From assembly GCA_965368975.1 (NCBI GenBank), contig CBDUPA010000002.1:384001-448000 (forward strand): a DNA stretch of 64,000 bases, in the 5' to 3' direction. Within the stretch, counting starts at the first letter, position 1; the number at the start of each line of letters is the position of its first letter. Positions 27,914 through 39,172 of this stretch are shown one piece after another. Position numbers and translations under genes: made by a program. A model generated the notes under the pieces. The model did no database searches and was not told the origin of the DNA. It saw only the letters and a program-made list of their open reading frames with translations. Source of the stretch: an uncultured bacterium. Lineage in GTDB: Bacteria; Acidobacteriota; Thermoanaerobaculia; Multivoradales; JAHZIX01.

Positions 27914-29614
27914 TCACGGCCACAGCTCCACGCGCATCAAGGTCACCACGACTTCCGGCGGCAGCGCAGGATGTCGACGAACTTCGAGGCGCCGGACCGG
28001 ACCCGGCTCGAGACGCGCCAAGCGGGCCCGGTAGCATTGGGCGAAGAAGGTGCCGCTGGCGGTGACGCGCGCCTGCCACAACACCGGCACGACCGGCTGC
28101 TGGCGGGCAACGTCCGGGCGCCGGGCAGCCCATTCACCAGTGTCCCGACCGGCATGCAGCTCTCCGACACGTTCGGCCCCCAGATAGATCTCGGCTACCG
28201 GCGTTCCCGCGGTCAACCCCAAGCTGTTGGCCAGATGGGTATCCAAGGTCACCGATCCGACAGACATCGCCGTCTCCAGCGAGATCTTCCAGACAGGCTG
28301 CTCCGCGCTCAGCTGCACGTCATCCTGCAGCACAACACTCGGTCCATGAACACCGCCCGCCAACCAGTGCGGCACGCTCGGCACTGCGCTGGTGATCGGC
28401 GGTCGCAGCCACGGATAGCCCGCGAGCAGCGCTACGGCCAGCAGGGTCGAGAGTGTCCAGGCGAGCTGCAGACGGTGCGGTCGATCGTGGCGAGAGGATC
28501 CGTCGCAATCTTCGGGACGATCCACCAACGACGGCGTTTCGGCGGGAGTCGACTCGGCGAGCGACAGAGCGAGCACCGCGAAGGCCAACGCTGCCGGATC
28601 CGAGACCCAGCGCAAGGCCAGTAGTGCGAGCAGCCAGGCGGTGAGCATTGGATAGATCCAGCCGCTCGAACGGCGCAACCAAAGGCACAGAAAAGGCAAC
28701 AGGATCAGCAGCCAGAGAGAGCTGGCCCCGGCGGCATCCCAGGCACGCACCGGTAGCCAAGAAGTGACGATGCCCGCGGCCACGACGCCCTCCGCCACCC
28801 ACACGAGGGCCAACAACGCGACGACCGGGACCAGCGGCCTTGCTACGATCGCCCGCACTCCGCGCAGCGCCGCCACTGCTCCGAGTAGGAGTAGCACAGC
28901 GAACGCGAATGCGGCTAGCCGCAAAGAACCTGCCAGGAGCAGGGCTCCGAGCAGCAGCACCAGTGGGCCCAGCATCCGACGCGCGGCAGCAAACGGTTGC
29001 CTGATGCCATCACGACCAGCCTCGACCGTCGCACTGACCGCCAGCGCGGCCGCAACCGCCGGGGTCCATCCCTGAGCCAAGCTCAGCACGGCACCCACAG
29101 GTATCAGGAGCCGGCACAGCGGCCAGCGGCCGGTGAACTGCAGCAGCGCCGAGACGCCCAGAATGGGGGGACCGACGAACTGGATCCCGCGGGGTAACGA
29201 GAGCGCTGCCGGCAGCAGAAGGTCAGCGCGCAACAGTGCCTGGGTGGCGAGCGCCAGCAACAGTAGGGTCGTCCAGCGTGGCGCCCGGCGCCAGGTCGGC
29301 CAACCGGCCACGGCGACAAGGCCGACGGCCAGCACCAGCACCAGACCGGTAGCGGCGCCCCGCGTCGGCCCCGCCGGCAGCGTCCAGGCCAGCACACCCA
29401 CCGCGGTGGCGGCCAGGGCCAGCACCGCCGTCGAACCAGCTCTGAAGCCCGAGCTTCCCGCTGTGAGCAAGGCCAGGGGGGCCAGGACGGCGAATGCCCA
29501 GATCGCGAGAAAACGCGTCTCGGCCGCGGCCGCCGGTTGCGGCGTTGCGGCGGCATACCCAGCGAGGGCAAAGACAACAGCGATGGGTAGAGCGCAGCGC
29601 GCGGCGTAATTCAC
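27914..29614 (-). CDS. Polytopic membrane protein with C-terminal soluble domain
   Basis: More than 10 hydrophobic segments; start uncertain (GTG 29614, or 29680). Confidence 0.6.
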   Translation of the reverse strand: MNYAARCALPIAVVFALAGYAAATPQPAAAAETRFLAIWAFAVLAPLALLTAGSSGFRAGSTAVLALAATAVGVLAWTLPAGPTRGAATGLVLVLAVGLVAVAGWPTWRRAPRWTTLLLLALATQALLRADLLLPAALSLPRGIQFVGPPILGVSALLQFTGRWPLCRLLIPVGAVLSLAQGWTPAVAAALAVSATVEAGRDGIRQPFAAARRMLGPLVLLLGALLLAGSLRLAAFAFAVLLLLGAVAALRGVRAIVARPLVPVVALLALVWVAEGVVAAGIVTSWLPVRAWDAAGASSLWLLILLPFLCLWLRRSSGWIYPMLTAWLLALLALRWVSDPAALAFAVLALSLAESTPAETPSLVDRPEDCDGSSRHDRPHRLQLAWTLSTLLAVALLAGYPWLRPPITSAVPSVPHWLAGGVHGPSVVLQDDVQLSAEQPVWKISLETAMSVGSVTLDTHLANSLGLTAGTPVAEIYLGAERVGELHAGRDTGEWAARRPDVARQQPVVPVLWQARVTASGTFFAQCYRARLARLEPGPVRRLEVRRHPALPPEVVVTLMRVELWP

Positions 29615-29709
29615 AGCAGAGTCACTTCTGGAAACGGACCAGCATGGCGCGAGACCTCGAGAATTGTACCGTCCCGGCACCCTTCCGCGTTGACCGGGAG
29701 CACAGCTGA

Positions 29710-31053
<1,344 letters not shown>

Positions 31054-31130
31054 TCCACCGTAGCCGGCAGCGCCGGCGACCGGATGATCAGATCAGATAA
31101 ACTCCGGAGCACGGCGCAAGCCCACCTCGC

Positions 31131-31220
31131 GGAGGGGTGGCAGAGTGGTCGAATGCAGCGGTCTTGAAAACCGCCGTCGGTTCACGCCGACCGTGGGTTC
31201 GAATCCCACCCCCTCCGCCA
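31131..31220 (+). tRNA. tRNA-Ser(UGA)
   Basis: GGAGGGG/CCCCTCC acceptor stem, anticodon arm GCGGT-CT-TGA-AA-ACCGC, long variable arm, GGTTCGAATC, 3' GCCA. Confidence 0.97.
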
Positions 31221-31247
31221 ATCTTGCCGTTTCAGTGCCTCCCTGGT

Positions 31248-31910
31248 TCAGCGCGACGTCCGACGCAGGTACGCATCGAGCCGGATACGGTCTTCGGCGG
31301 TGAGGAGGCCATCGGGTAGCAGGAAGGTGTCACCTTCCCGTGGCAGTGGCACAGTGGTCGTGGAGAGGCCGCCTTCGATGCCGTCGCAAGCGCCGGTGCC
31401 AAGCGTGAGGAGAGAAAACTGGCGACAGGTAGCGACGATGCCCTTGGCCAGATCGCTGCGGATGCGCACCTCGACTTCCTCCTGCTGCATCTCGACGAGT
31501 TCGATCAGATAGCCCTCGTCGCCGCGCCGCATCCGGATCCGGCCGTTCAACTCGAGATTCTGAGCCGGCAGCACCACGCGGTCGTTGAGCTTCTGCACCA
31601 TGCCGCCGATTTCCAACTCGGCGATGAGATCCCCGTCACCTTCGAAGCGTGTCCACAGGCGGGCGTCGTGACTGCCGTCGGACCGTGGGGCGAGGGTCAG
31701 CTGGTGGCCGAGCAAGTGCAGGGAGTTGCGCGGCGAGCTGAGGCGTACGGTCATCGGCCCCTGCGACACCGGCACCATGTCCGAGGTGGGACGTGTGTAG
31801 CGGCCATTGACGCGCGCGAACTCGAAGTCGTCGGCAGCAGCCGGCAGGGGTACGAGCAGCGTCAGGCACAGTGTGAGGCACGAGCTGAGACGGGCGAACA
31901 AGTGGCGCAT
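31248..31910 (-). CDS. Hypothetical secreted protein
   Basis: Signal peptide MRHLFARLSSCLTLCLTLLVPLPAAA; GGAGG SD. Confidence 0.7.
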   Translation of the reverse strand: MRHLFARLSSCLTLCLTLLVPLPAAADDFEFARVNGRYTRPTSDMVPVSQGPMTVRLSSPRNSLHLLGHQLTLAPRSDGSHDARLWTRFEGDGDLIAELEIGGMVQKLNDRVVLPAQNLELNGRIRMRRGDEGYLIELVEMQQEEVEVRIRSDLAKGIVATCRQFSLLTLGTGACDGIEGGLSTTTVPLPREGDTFLLPDGLLTAEDRIRLDAYLRRTSR

Positions 31911-31963
31911 GGGTGATCCTCCACCCAGAGAATACTCCATCCGTTGCAAGAGAGTTTCGGCCG

Positions 31964-34630
31964 CTAGTTGTAATAGCCCCGTGCCGTCCTCGCCTTCAGG
32001 CCACGCTTGGTCACCTTCACCTCGACCTCCCGGTAGGCACCATCTCGCGACACCGTGTCCGGCGCGTAGGCGATCAGGTACTGGCTACGCAGTTCTTCCT
32101 CGATCTCCTTGTAGACCGAGAACAGCTCATCAGCATCGCTGATGAAGAAGGAGCGGCCGCCGGTCTCGCGCGAGAGATCCTTCAGCTTGTCGCGAATGCC
32201 CAGGTCCAAGGTGCCGACATCGAGACCGATGGTATAGACCGAGACACCGGTGCGGCGCGAGTACTCCAGCGCTTCGCGGAAAGACAGGTTGCTCGACGTG
32301 TCATCACCATCGGACAGCAGCACCAGAGCCCGGCGGCCGGTGACACCGCGGAAGTAGTACAGGCTGGTGACGATGGCATCGTGCAACGAGGTGAAGCCCG
32401 CGGCCAGCAGGCCCTGTAGGCTGAGCTCCACCGCATCGACGTCGTTGGTGGGAGGCATCAGCATCACTGGTCGGTCCGAGAAGCCAACCGCGAAACAGCG
32501 GTCCCGGCGCGTGACGATGTTGGCGAGGAAGTCGGTCGCCGCTTGCTGTGCCTCAATGATCGAGTTGGCCATCGAACCGGAGGTGTCGATGACGATGCCG
32601 ATGGTCAGCGGTAGGTTCTCGACCAGCTCGAACTTGGCGATCTTCTGGCGCCGACCGTCCTCGTAGACTTCGAAGTCGTCGACGGTCAGGCCCTTGGCCA
32701 GGCGATCGTTGCGGTCGACAACGGTGGTGTAGAGCTCGACCAGGCTGACATCGACTTCCTCCAGGTACTGGGGCGTAGTCAGGAAGCGCACGTCTTCGGC
32801 CCGCGCGTCGTCGTCGAGTGTGGCCACGACGGTCAGATAGTTGAGGTCATTGCCGACCACCTGCGGCACCTCGACCTGCGCCTGCCAAGGCGGGCGTTCG
32901 AGCGTCCGAATCAGCTCATTGTTGACGAAGAACTCGACCTTCTCGACCCGCCGGCCCTCCGGCACCACGACTTCGGCGCGCGCCTGCACGGTACTGCCAG
33001 CCGAAACACCCCGCTTGGGTTCCAGGATGCGCACTCGCAGCGAACCACGGGGCTGGTTCAGAATCACTTCGTCCGAGGCCACCAGCTCACCGGCTTCGTC
33101 GTACCCCTCGGCACGTACGATCTGCTCGGTCGGGAACTGCGACAGGCGTACTTCGGCGGTGAAGGGCGGTCGGCCGCGCGTGAGCTGTCGCTTGCCGTCG
33201 ACATAGAAGATGACACGCGCGATGCGCTCACCGGTGACCAGAGCTTCGGCACGCCACAAGCCGAGGATGACGTCCGACTCCGGTGGCACCAGCACCAGAC
33301 TGTCGTGACCGGCGATGCGCTGGCGTGCCAGCTTGTCACCCAAGGCCACGATCGCTTCTTCCGGCAGCGGCGGCTCCTCAATCTTCTGCGGGCCGTCCGG
33401 CACGTCGATCGTGCGCACGTAGCGTTTCTCCGCTCCCCCCACCTCATCGCGCACCATCAGGCGCGCCAGGTAGCGCCGGCCCGGTCGCAACGGCCGCTCG
33501 GCCACCAAGGCCAGCGGCGCCGGGTCCTTGGGAGCCTCGAGATTGAAGCGCACGCGGAAGGTGTCGAACACGGCACCGTCCTGCTCGATGACGCCGGAGA
33601 CTGTGAGGTCCAGCTCCGGCGGCTCGAGCTCGGTCGCGATCTCGAAGTTGGAACTCTCCGGCAACAGCCAGGTGAAACGGGCCAGCAGGCGCTGCCCCTG
33701 GCGCTCAGGGTACTGGATCGTCAACTCCTCGACCTGCAGCTCGGACGGCGGCTCGACATCCGGCCCGGTGCTGGCGGAGCGGGCCCAGGCGGCCAGATCG
33801 CTCGGTGGCTCCAGGTACTGGGCGAACACCTGGTTGCTCGGACGGTCTTCCTCGAAACCGAAGAGGCCATCGATACCGGTGATCTCGTCGATCAGCTCGG
33901 CCTGCGGACAGATCTGGTAGTCGAAGCGACGGCCGCGAATGCGCCCGCGCAGCTCCTCCCACTGCTCGAGGAAGTATTCGAGTTCCGGCGTGTAGAGCGA
34001 ACGCTTGGAATCCAACGGCAGCCACAGACGGAAGAGTTCACCACCGGTACGCTGGTAGACGAGCAAGAAGCGCCCGGCGTCCTTCAGGTCGATGTCATCG
34101 TCGTCCTTGTCCTGACTACCTTCGACGGCAGCGGACGGAGCAGTCAGTGTCTTCGTGGGATCGCTCACTCGCAGCTCAGGGCGCACGTCGTAGGCCCAGA
34201 TCTCGATCGGTCGGAACGCCGAGGCGCAGTCGATCACCTTGCGGTATTCGGGTGGCCCGTGCAGGAAGACCAGCTGGGCGCGCACGTCGAGCGACGACAG
34301 ACCGACCTGACGCAGGAACTGGAGGCGCCGACGGATACCTTCCCGCAGCTCGTTCTCGGGCGTTTGCGGGATCGGATCGGCATCGAGAAAGGCGTCGATC
34401 AACGCTTGTCGAGCCACCGGGTCTGCAGCTGACAGCAGGACCTCGACTTGCGCCTCTGAGAGCAGCCAACCAGGACCATCTTGCAGAAAGGCGCGTTGCT
34501 CTTCCGGCCAATCGAGCGGCGCCTGGCCGCCGAGCTGAGCCGCAGCGGCCGGCGACGGGGAGGACGGCGTCAAAGCCATCACCAGAGCGAAGCAGAGGAG
34601 GGAGAGGAACGTTCGGGGACTGCGTTGCAT
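31964..34630 (-). CDS. Secreted GWxTD-like / Ig-like / VWA (Acidobacterial VWFA-type) protein
   Basis: Signal peptide; N-terminal DPIPQTPENE...LHGPP...IEIW; two Ig-like repeats (V.FYVDG...RPPF / V.FFVNN...RPPW); MIDAS DTSGS, LSDGDDT, ETGGRSF, LRSQYLIAY. Confidence 0.82.
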   Translation of the reverse strand: MQRSPRTFLSLLCFALVMALTPSSPSPAAAAQLGGQAPLDWPEEQRAFLQDGPGWLLSEAQVEVLLSAADPVARQALIDAFLDADPIPQTPENELREGIRRRLQFLRQVGLSSLDVRAQLVFLHGPPEYRKVIDCASAFRPIEIWAYDVRPELRVSDPTKTLTAPSAAVEGSQDKDDDDIDLKDAGRFLLVYQRTGGELFRLWLPLDSKRSLYTPELEYFLEQWEELRGRIRGRRFDYQICPQAELIDEITGIDGLFGFEEDRPSNQVFAQYLEPPSDLAAWARSASTGPDVEPPSELQVEELTIQYPERQGQRLLARFTWLLPESSNFEIATELEPPELDLTVSGVIEQDGAVFDTFRVRFNLEAPKDPAPLALVAERPLRPGRRYLARLMVRDEVGGAEKRYVRTIDVPDGPQKIEEPPLPEEAIVALGDKLARQRIAGHDSLVLVPPESDVILGLWRAEALVTGERIARVIFYVDGKRQLTRGRPPFTAEVRLSQFPTEQIVRAEGYDEAGELVASDEVILNQPRGSLRVRILEPKRGVSAGSTVQARAEVVVPEGRRVEKVEFFVNNELIRTLERPPWQAQVEVPQVVGNDLNYLTVVATLDDDARAEDVRFLTTPQYLEEVDVSLVELYTTVVDRNDRLAKGLTVDDFEVYEDGRRQKIAKFELVENLPLTIGIVIDTSGSMANSIIEAQQAATDFLANIVTRRDRCFAVGFSDRPVMLMPPTNDVDAVELSLQGLLAAGFTSLHDAIVTSLYYFRGVTGRRALVLLSDGDDTSSNLSFREALEYSRRTGVSVYTIGLDVGTLDLGIRDKLKDLSRETGGRSFFISDADELFSVYKEIEEELRSQYLIAYAPDTVSRDGAYREVEVKVTKRGLKARTARGYYN

Positions 34631-34887
34631 GGCGACTCCGTGTTGGACTGCGGCGTGTCCGTGGCGCGTGACAAGGGATCAGCTCGGGCTCTGCGACTCG
34701 ACCAGTGACGCTGGCTCGCGCTGGCTGCACTCGGATCACCTGGCCCCACTTCTGCCCAGGCTTCTTGCACGCCCGATGCCAGGCTGGGTGCAGGGTACCG
34801 CGAACGGCACAGCGCCAACAGCGCCGATGATGTTACTGTTGGAAGCCTCAACCTCGAAATTCACGGCGCAATCGATAGGAAGGCAGA

Positions 34888-35943
34888 ATGGGTCGGCACC
34901 TCAGCAACGAACCAATCAAGAACTGGCGCGACGGCGACCACATCCAGGGTTTTGCCCTGCTGACGCGGAAGCAACGCCGTACGGACCGCAACAACCGCGA
35001 ATACCTAGACCTCGAGCTTGCTGATCGCAGCGGCTCGATCACCGCCAAAGTGTGGCCCGATAGTCCAGCGTTGCAGGCCGACTTCAAGGAACACCAGTTC
35101 GTAGTCTGCCGCGGTCAGGTGAAGCAGTTTCGCGAAGAGCTGCAGCTGAGTGTCGATAGCTGCCGCACGGCCAACGAACTCGACCGCCAGTTCGGCTTCG
35201 ACGAGTCTCAGCTGGTACCGTCCACTTCCGAGGACATCGACGATCTCTGGCGACGCCTGGAGACCACACTCCTCGAAGGCGTGGAGCGGCCCGTGCTGCA
35301 ACGCCTGGTCACCGAGACGCTCGCCAGAGTCGGCAAGGATCTGCGTGAGCACCCAGCCGCCAAGGGTATCCACCACGCCTACCGCGGCGGTCTACTCGAA
35401 CACACGACGTTCATGGCCGAGCTGGCCAATCGTACCTGCGACCAGTACCCCTACGTCGACCGTGATCTGGTGCTGGTGGGCGTGCTCTTTCACGACCTGG
35501 GCAAGATCCGCGAACTCGGTGCCATGCCCTACAACGACTACACCGTCGAGGGCCGGCTGATCGGCCACGTCGTGCTCGGCCGGGACCTGCTGCGCGAGTG
35601 CTGCGCCGAGGTCGAAGAGTTTCCCGCGGATCTGCAGATGGAGCTGGAGCACCTCGTGCTGTCGCACCAGGGCCGCCGGGAGTACGGCTCGCCAGTCGAG
35701 CCGATGACCACCGAGGCAGTCGTGCTGCACTTCGTCGACGATCTCGATTCGCAGCTCAATCAGCTGCGCCGTGCCGCGCTGCAGGGCGGCGATGGCCTGC
35801 ACTTCCTCAAGGGGATGGGCCGCTACATCTACAGCAGTCGCAACGGTGACCAGACCGAGTCGGCGGAGGAAGAGGCAGCCGACCCGGCAGCGGAGCCGGA
35901 CGAAGACTTCGCTCGTCGCGGCCCCGCAGAAGGTCAGCTCTGA
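34888..35943 (+). CDS. yhaM: OB-fold + HD 3'-5' exoribonuclease YhaM family
   Basis: YLDLELADRSG, PAAKGIHHAYRGGLLEHT, FHDLGK, GRLIGH, LSHQG, DDLDS. Confidence 0.88.
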   Translation: MGRHLSNEPIKNWRDGDHIQGFALLTRKQRRTDRNNREYLDLELADRSGSITAKVWPDSPALQADFKEHQFVVCRGQVKQFREELQLSVDSCRTANELDRQFGFDESQLVPSTSEDIDDLWRRLETTLLEGVERPVLQRLVTETLARVGKDLREHPAAKGIHHAYRGGLLEHTTFMAELANRTCDQYPYVDRDLVLVGVLFHDLGKIRELGAMPYNDYTVEGRLIGHVVLGRDLLRECCAEVEEFPADLQMELEHLVLSHQGRREYGSPVEPMTTEAVVLHFVDDLDSQLNQLRRAALQGGDGLHFLKGMGRYIYSSRNGDQTESAEEEAADPAAEPDEDFARRGPAEGQL

Positions 35944-35973
35944 GGTAGGAGCAGCAGGGCGGGTGGCGCCGGC

Positions 35974-36906
35974 TCAGCGGCCGCCGCCGCCACGCACTCG
36001 GTCGAGGGTTCGCCGGAAGCGGCCGCCGAGACCTCCCTCGTCTTCCTCCTCTTCGTCGGCCGAATCACCATTGCCGGCAGCGAGACCGTCGAAGATGGAG
36101 GGCTGTTCCGTATAGCCAGCCGGCACCTTGAAGGCATCCGCGCGGACGCTCTCGGCGCGCAGCGTGGTCACCTCCTGGCTACCTCGACTGGTGGTGACAT
36201 TGCCCTTCTGATCGGTGTTCTTGGTCACCGACGTGCTGCGCAGCACAACGCCTTCGATCCGATTCAGCTCCTGCTGGATCATGCGATCGAGATCTTCGTT
36301 GCCGGTCTGGGGTGGCTCCTTGCGCAGGAACACCTCCATGCCCGGATCTCCCAGCGCCGTGGTGGTCCACAGATCCTGGATGGTCTCGCTGGAACTGGTG
36401 CGCTTGATGCCGATGACCTTGACCTGCATGTCGTAGCTGGTCTTGTAGCGGTAGTGCGTGGTGGCGTACCCGAGAAGACGGCCGCCGTTCTCCTTCAGCA
36501 GCAACTCGGACTCGGGGGACGAGAACTCGATGTTCACCAACCCCTTCATGCTGTCCATGATGTTGCCCACCGTCGACAGCATGCCACGGATGTCCCACTT
36601 CTGGTAGGTCTGGTTCTCTGGGTCGACCAGGAACATGGTTTCGCCCCCGTCCTCGGTGACGAAGTACATGCCGGGACGCAACATCGGATTGCCGGTCGAC
36701 TCTTGGAAGACCACTTTGGCCTTTGGACCGTCGGTCCAGGCCTGCATGTTCTGGGACTGGATGACCTTGCCGTTGTCATCCTCGACAGTGGTCACGGCTT
36801 CCATGTACATGCCGCGCGCCAGTGCCGGCGTCGCGGCCACGGCCGCGAGGGTCAGGATGATCAGGGCGCTGCTGAGAATATTGAGCTTCGTCTTGCGGAG
36901 CTTCAT
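35974..36906 (-). CDS. Secreted DUF4412-like protein
   Basis: Signal peptide ending PALA; LLGYATTHY, C-terminal DAFKVPAGY. Confidence 0.65.
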   Translation of the reverse strand: MKLRKTKLNILSSALIILTLAAVAATPALARGMYMEAVTTVEDDNGKVIQSQNMQAWTDGPKAKVVFQESTGNPMLRPGMYFVTEDGGETMFLVDPENQTYQKWDIRGMLSTVGNIMDSMKGLVNIEFSSPESELLLKENGGRLLGYATTHYRYKTSYDMQVKVIGIKRTSSSETIQDLWTTTALGDPGMEVFLRKEPPQTGNEDLDRMIQQELNRIEGVVLRSTSVTKNTDQKGNVTTSRGSQEVTTLRAESVRADAFKVPAGYTEQPSIFDGLAAGNGDSADEEEEDEGGLGGRFRRTLDRVRGGGGR

Positions 36907-36969
36907 GATGATGTCTTGCCTCCTTGGGGGGTTCATTGCATCTAGATCGACTTTGGAGCATATCAAGAG

Positions 36970-37764
36970 CTACTCTCCACGCAAGGGCGAGACCAACCTC
37001 AGCGTATGCTCGAGGAGTTCGCGACCACCCGGCTTGCCGTGTCCAGGCAGGACGATATTGACCTCCGGATAGGCCTTCAGAAGAACCTGGATCGAGCCGG
37101 GCCAGGCTTCGAGATCCGCGTCGGCGACGTTGCCGCGGCTCGTCGAGCCGGTGGAACGTACCAAGCAACCACCATACAGAGCCTTGGCCGACGGCACCCA
37201 CACGACGCTGTTGTCGCGCGCATGGCCGCCGCCCGGATAGCGCAGCTCGATATCGAGCTCACCAACACTCAAGCTGACCGTCTCGGTAAAGGTATGGGTC
37301 GGCACCTGCCAACCAGCCTCGGCTGCGAACTCAGCCGTCAACGCCGAGCTGTAGCTCGGAATGTCGCGGCGGTGCGCTTCCGCGATTCCGGCGATGCGGT
37401 CGTCATGGGCGTGCGTGACGACTAACGCGACGGTCCGGGCACCGAGCTGGGTCTCGACCCAGTCCAAGAGGGCACTGGTTTGGGTCTCGCTCCAGCCGGT
37501 GTCGACCAAGATCGCTTCGCCGCCATCGACAATCACCAGGCCGTTGGCAGCGACCATCCCCCACTGGGGCACCTCGCCGTAGGTCACATGCTGCCAGACG
37601 CCGGGTGCGAGGGCGTGCACCGCGACGTCCGACTGCAGCGTCTGAGCCCCTTGCGGGAAGGCCAGCGAGAAAGCCAGTGGCTCCGGAGCAGCCACTGACG
37701 GTGCGTTGAAGCTGGCCAGCAGAAGGTGCGTGACGAGGAGAAAGACTGTGCCCAGCTGCCTCAG
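36970..37764 (-). CDS. bla: Subclass B1 metallo-beta-lactamase
   Basis: All B1 Zn ligands: THAHDDR (H116/H118/D120), GGHARDN (H196), YGGCLV (C221), PGHG (H263), plus ANGLV, VDTGW, GNVADAD. First canonical start is GTG 37695; in-frame CTG 37764 adds a signal peptide. Confidence 0.9.
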   Translation of the reverse strand: MRQLGTVFLLVTHLLLASFNAPSVAAPEPLAFSLAFPQGAQTLQSDVAVHALAPGVWQHVTYGEVPQWGMVAANGLVIVDGGEAILVDTGWSETQTSALLDWVETQLGARTVALVVTHAHDDRIAGIAEAHRRDIPSYSSALTAEFAAEAGWQVPTHTFTETVSLSVGELDIELRYPGGGHARDNSVVWVPSAKALYGGCLVRSTGSTSRGNVADADLEAWPGSIQVLLKAYPEVNIVLPGHGKPGGRELLEHTLRLVSPLRGE

Positions 37765-39113
37765 TCCATCTGCTTGCGCAAGACGGTCGGGATGTCGTAG
37801 TCGTCGACATTCGACCAGTTCGGCCCGTATGCACCGGGATCGTCCGCTCGCTGGTGCGCCAGTACCTTGCGGTAGAACGGGACTTCGACGTCCTCCTCCA
37901 CCGGCGGGCGGACCGCCTCGAGGTCGTCGCCGTCTTCGATCGGTGCGGCCATGCGCGGCGCTGGCGCCGGCTCTGGGGCCGGACGAGCATCGATCTGACG
38001 GCTGGCCGCGGTCACGGAACGGCGGCGCTCAGCCTGCGCGTCCATCGCTTCGACGTCGAAGCCGGTGGCGATGACCGTGACCTTCATGGCGTCTTCCATC
38101 TCCTCATCGAGCACCATGCCGGAGATGATGTTGGCATCCGGGTCGACGGCGGCGGCGATGATCTCGGCGGCTTCCGCAACCTCGTGCAGGGTCAGGTCCT
38201 GGCTACCGGAGATGTTGATCAGCACGCCCTTGGCACCCTCGATCGACGTCTCTTCGAGCAGCGGGGAGGAGATCGCACGCTGTGCAGCCTCGACGGCGCG
38301 ACTCTCGCCCTTGGCGACACCGGTTCCCATCAGCGCCATACCCATACCAGTCATGATCGTGCGCACGTCGGCGAAGTCAACGTTGATCTCGCCAGGAACA
38401 GTGATCAGGTCACTGATGCCCTGGACCGCCTGGCGCAGCACGTCGTCGGCGATCCGAAAGGCCTCCGACAGCGGGGTGCCGCGCTCGACGAACTTGAGCA
38501 GGCGCTCGTTGGGAATGGTGATCAGAGTGTCGACGGCCGCACGTAACTCTTCCAGCCCCTGGTCGGCCAGGTGCAAGCGGCGGCGGCCTTCGAAGCTGAA
38601 CGGCTTGGTGACCACCGCGACGGTGAGCGCACCGATCTCGGCGGCCAGCGACGCCAGGATCGGCGCAGCCCCCGTGCCGGTGCCACCACCCAGGCCGGCG
38701 GTCAGGAAGATCATGTCCGAACCGTCGAGCAAGGACAGGATCTGCTCCGTGTCCTCGAGCGCGGCCTTGCGGCCAATCTCGGGATCCGAGCCAGCGCCCA
38801 GGCCCTTGGTCAGCTGGTTGCCGATCTGCAACTTGGTGGGCGCCCGGCACTTGTTGAGTGCCTGCAGATCGGTGTTGGCGGCTATGAACTCGATGCCGCG
38901 CAGGTCTGCGTCGATCATGCGGTTGACGGCGTTGCCGCCACCGCCGCCGATACCGATGACGCGGATCTTGGCCGGTGCACCGGCGTGCGCGCTGACGGTG
39001 AGGTCCGACGGCTCGACCGGCAACACCGCCGGCAAGCTCGCCTGGACCTCGCCGCCCTCGGCGTCGGTATCCGACTGCGCCATCGCTTCTTCTGTATCTT
39101 CAAATAGGATCAT
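37761..39113 (-). CDS. ftsZ: Cell division protein FtsZ
   Basis: [32 protein letters not shown]-terminal DIPTVLRK. Confidence 0.98.
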   Translation of the reverse strand: MILFEDTEEAMAQSDTDAEGGEVQASLPAVLPVEPSDLTVSAHAGAPAKIRVIGIGGGGGNAVNRMIDADLRGIEFIAANTDLQALNKCRAPTKLQIGNQLTKGLGAGSDPEIGRKAALEDTEQILSLLDGSDMIFLTAGLGGGTGTGAAPILASLAAEIGALTVAVVTKPFSFEGRRRLHLADQGLEELRAAVDTLITIPNERLLKFVERGTPLSEAFRIADDVLRQAVQGISDLITVPGEINVDFADVRTIMTGMGMALMGTGVAKGESRAVEAAQRAISSPLLEETSIEGAKGVLINISGSQDLTLHEVAEAAEIIAAAVDPDANIISGMVLDEEMEDAMKVTVIATGFDVEAMDAQAERRRSVTAASRQIDARPAPEPAPAPRMAAPIEDGDDLEAVRPPVEEDVEVPFYRKVLAHQRADDPGAYGPNWSNVDDYDIPTVLRKQMD

Positions 39114-39172
39114 CGCCCTCTCCCTGTTGGGTTGTCTCCGGAACCCATGCGTAGGTTCTACGATTTCGGCGC

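Noticed and set aside
31131-31260. tRNA as an integration site for an island or prophage
   Set aside because: No integrase nearby and no duplicated tRNA 3' end noticed in the window
31137-31319. 60-aa ORF MAEWSNAAVLKT...
   Set aside because: It is a translation of the tRNA-Ser sequence
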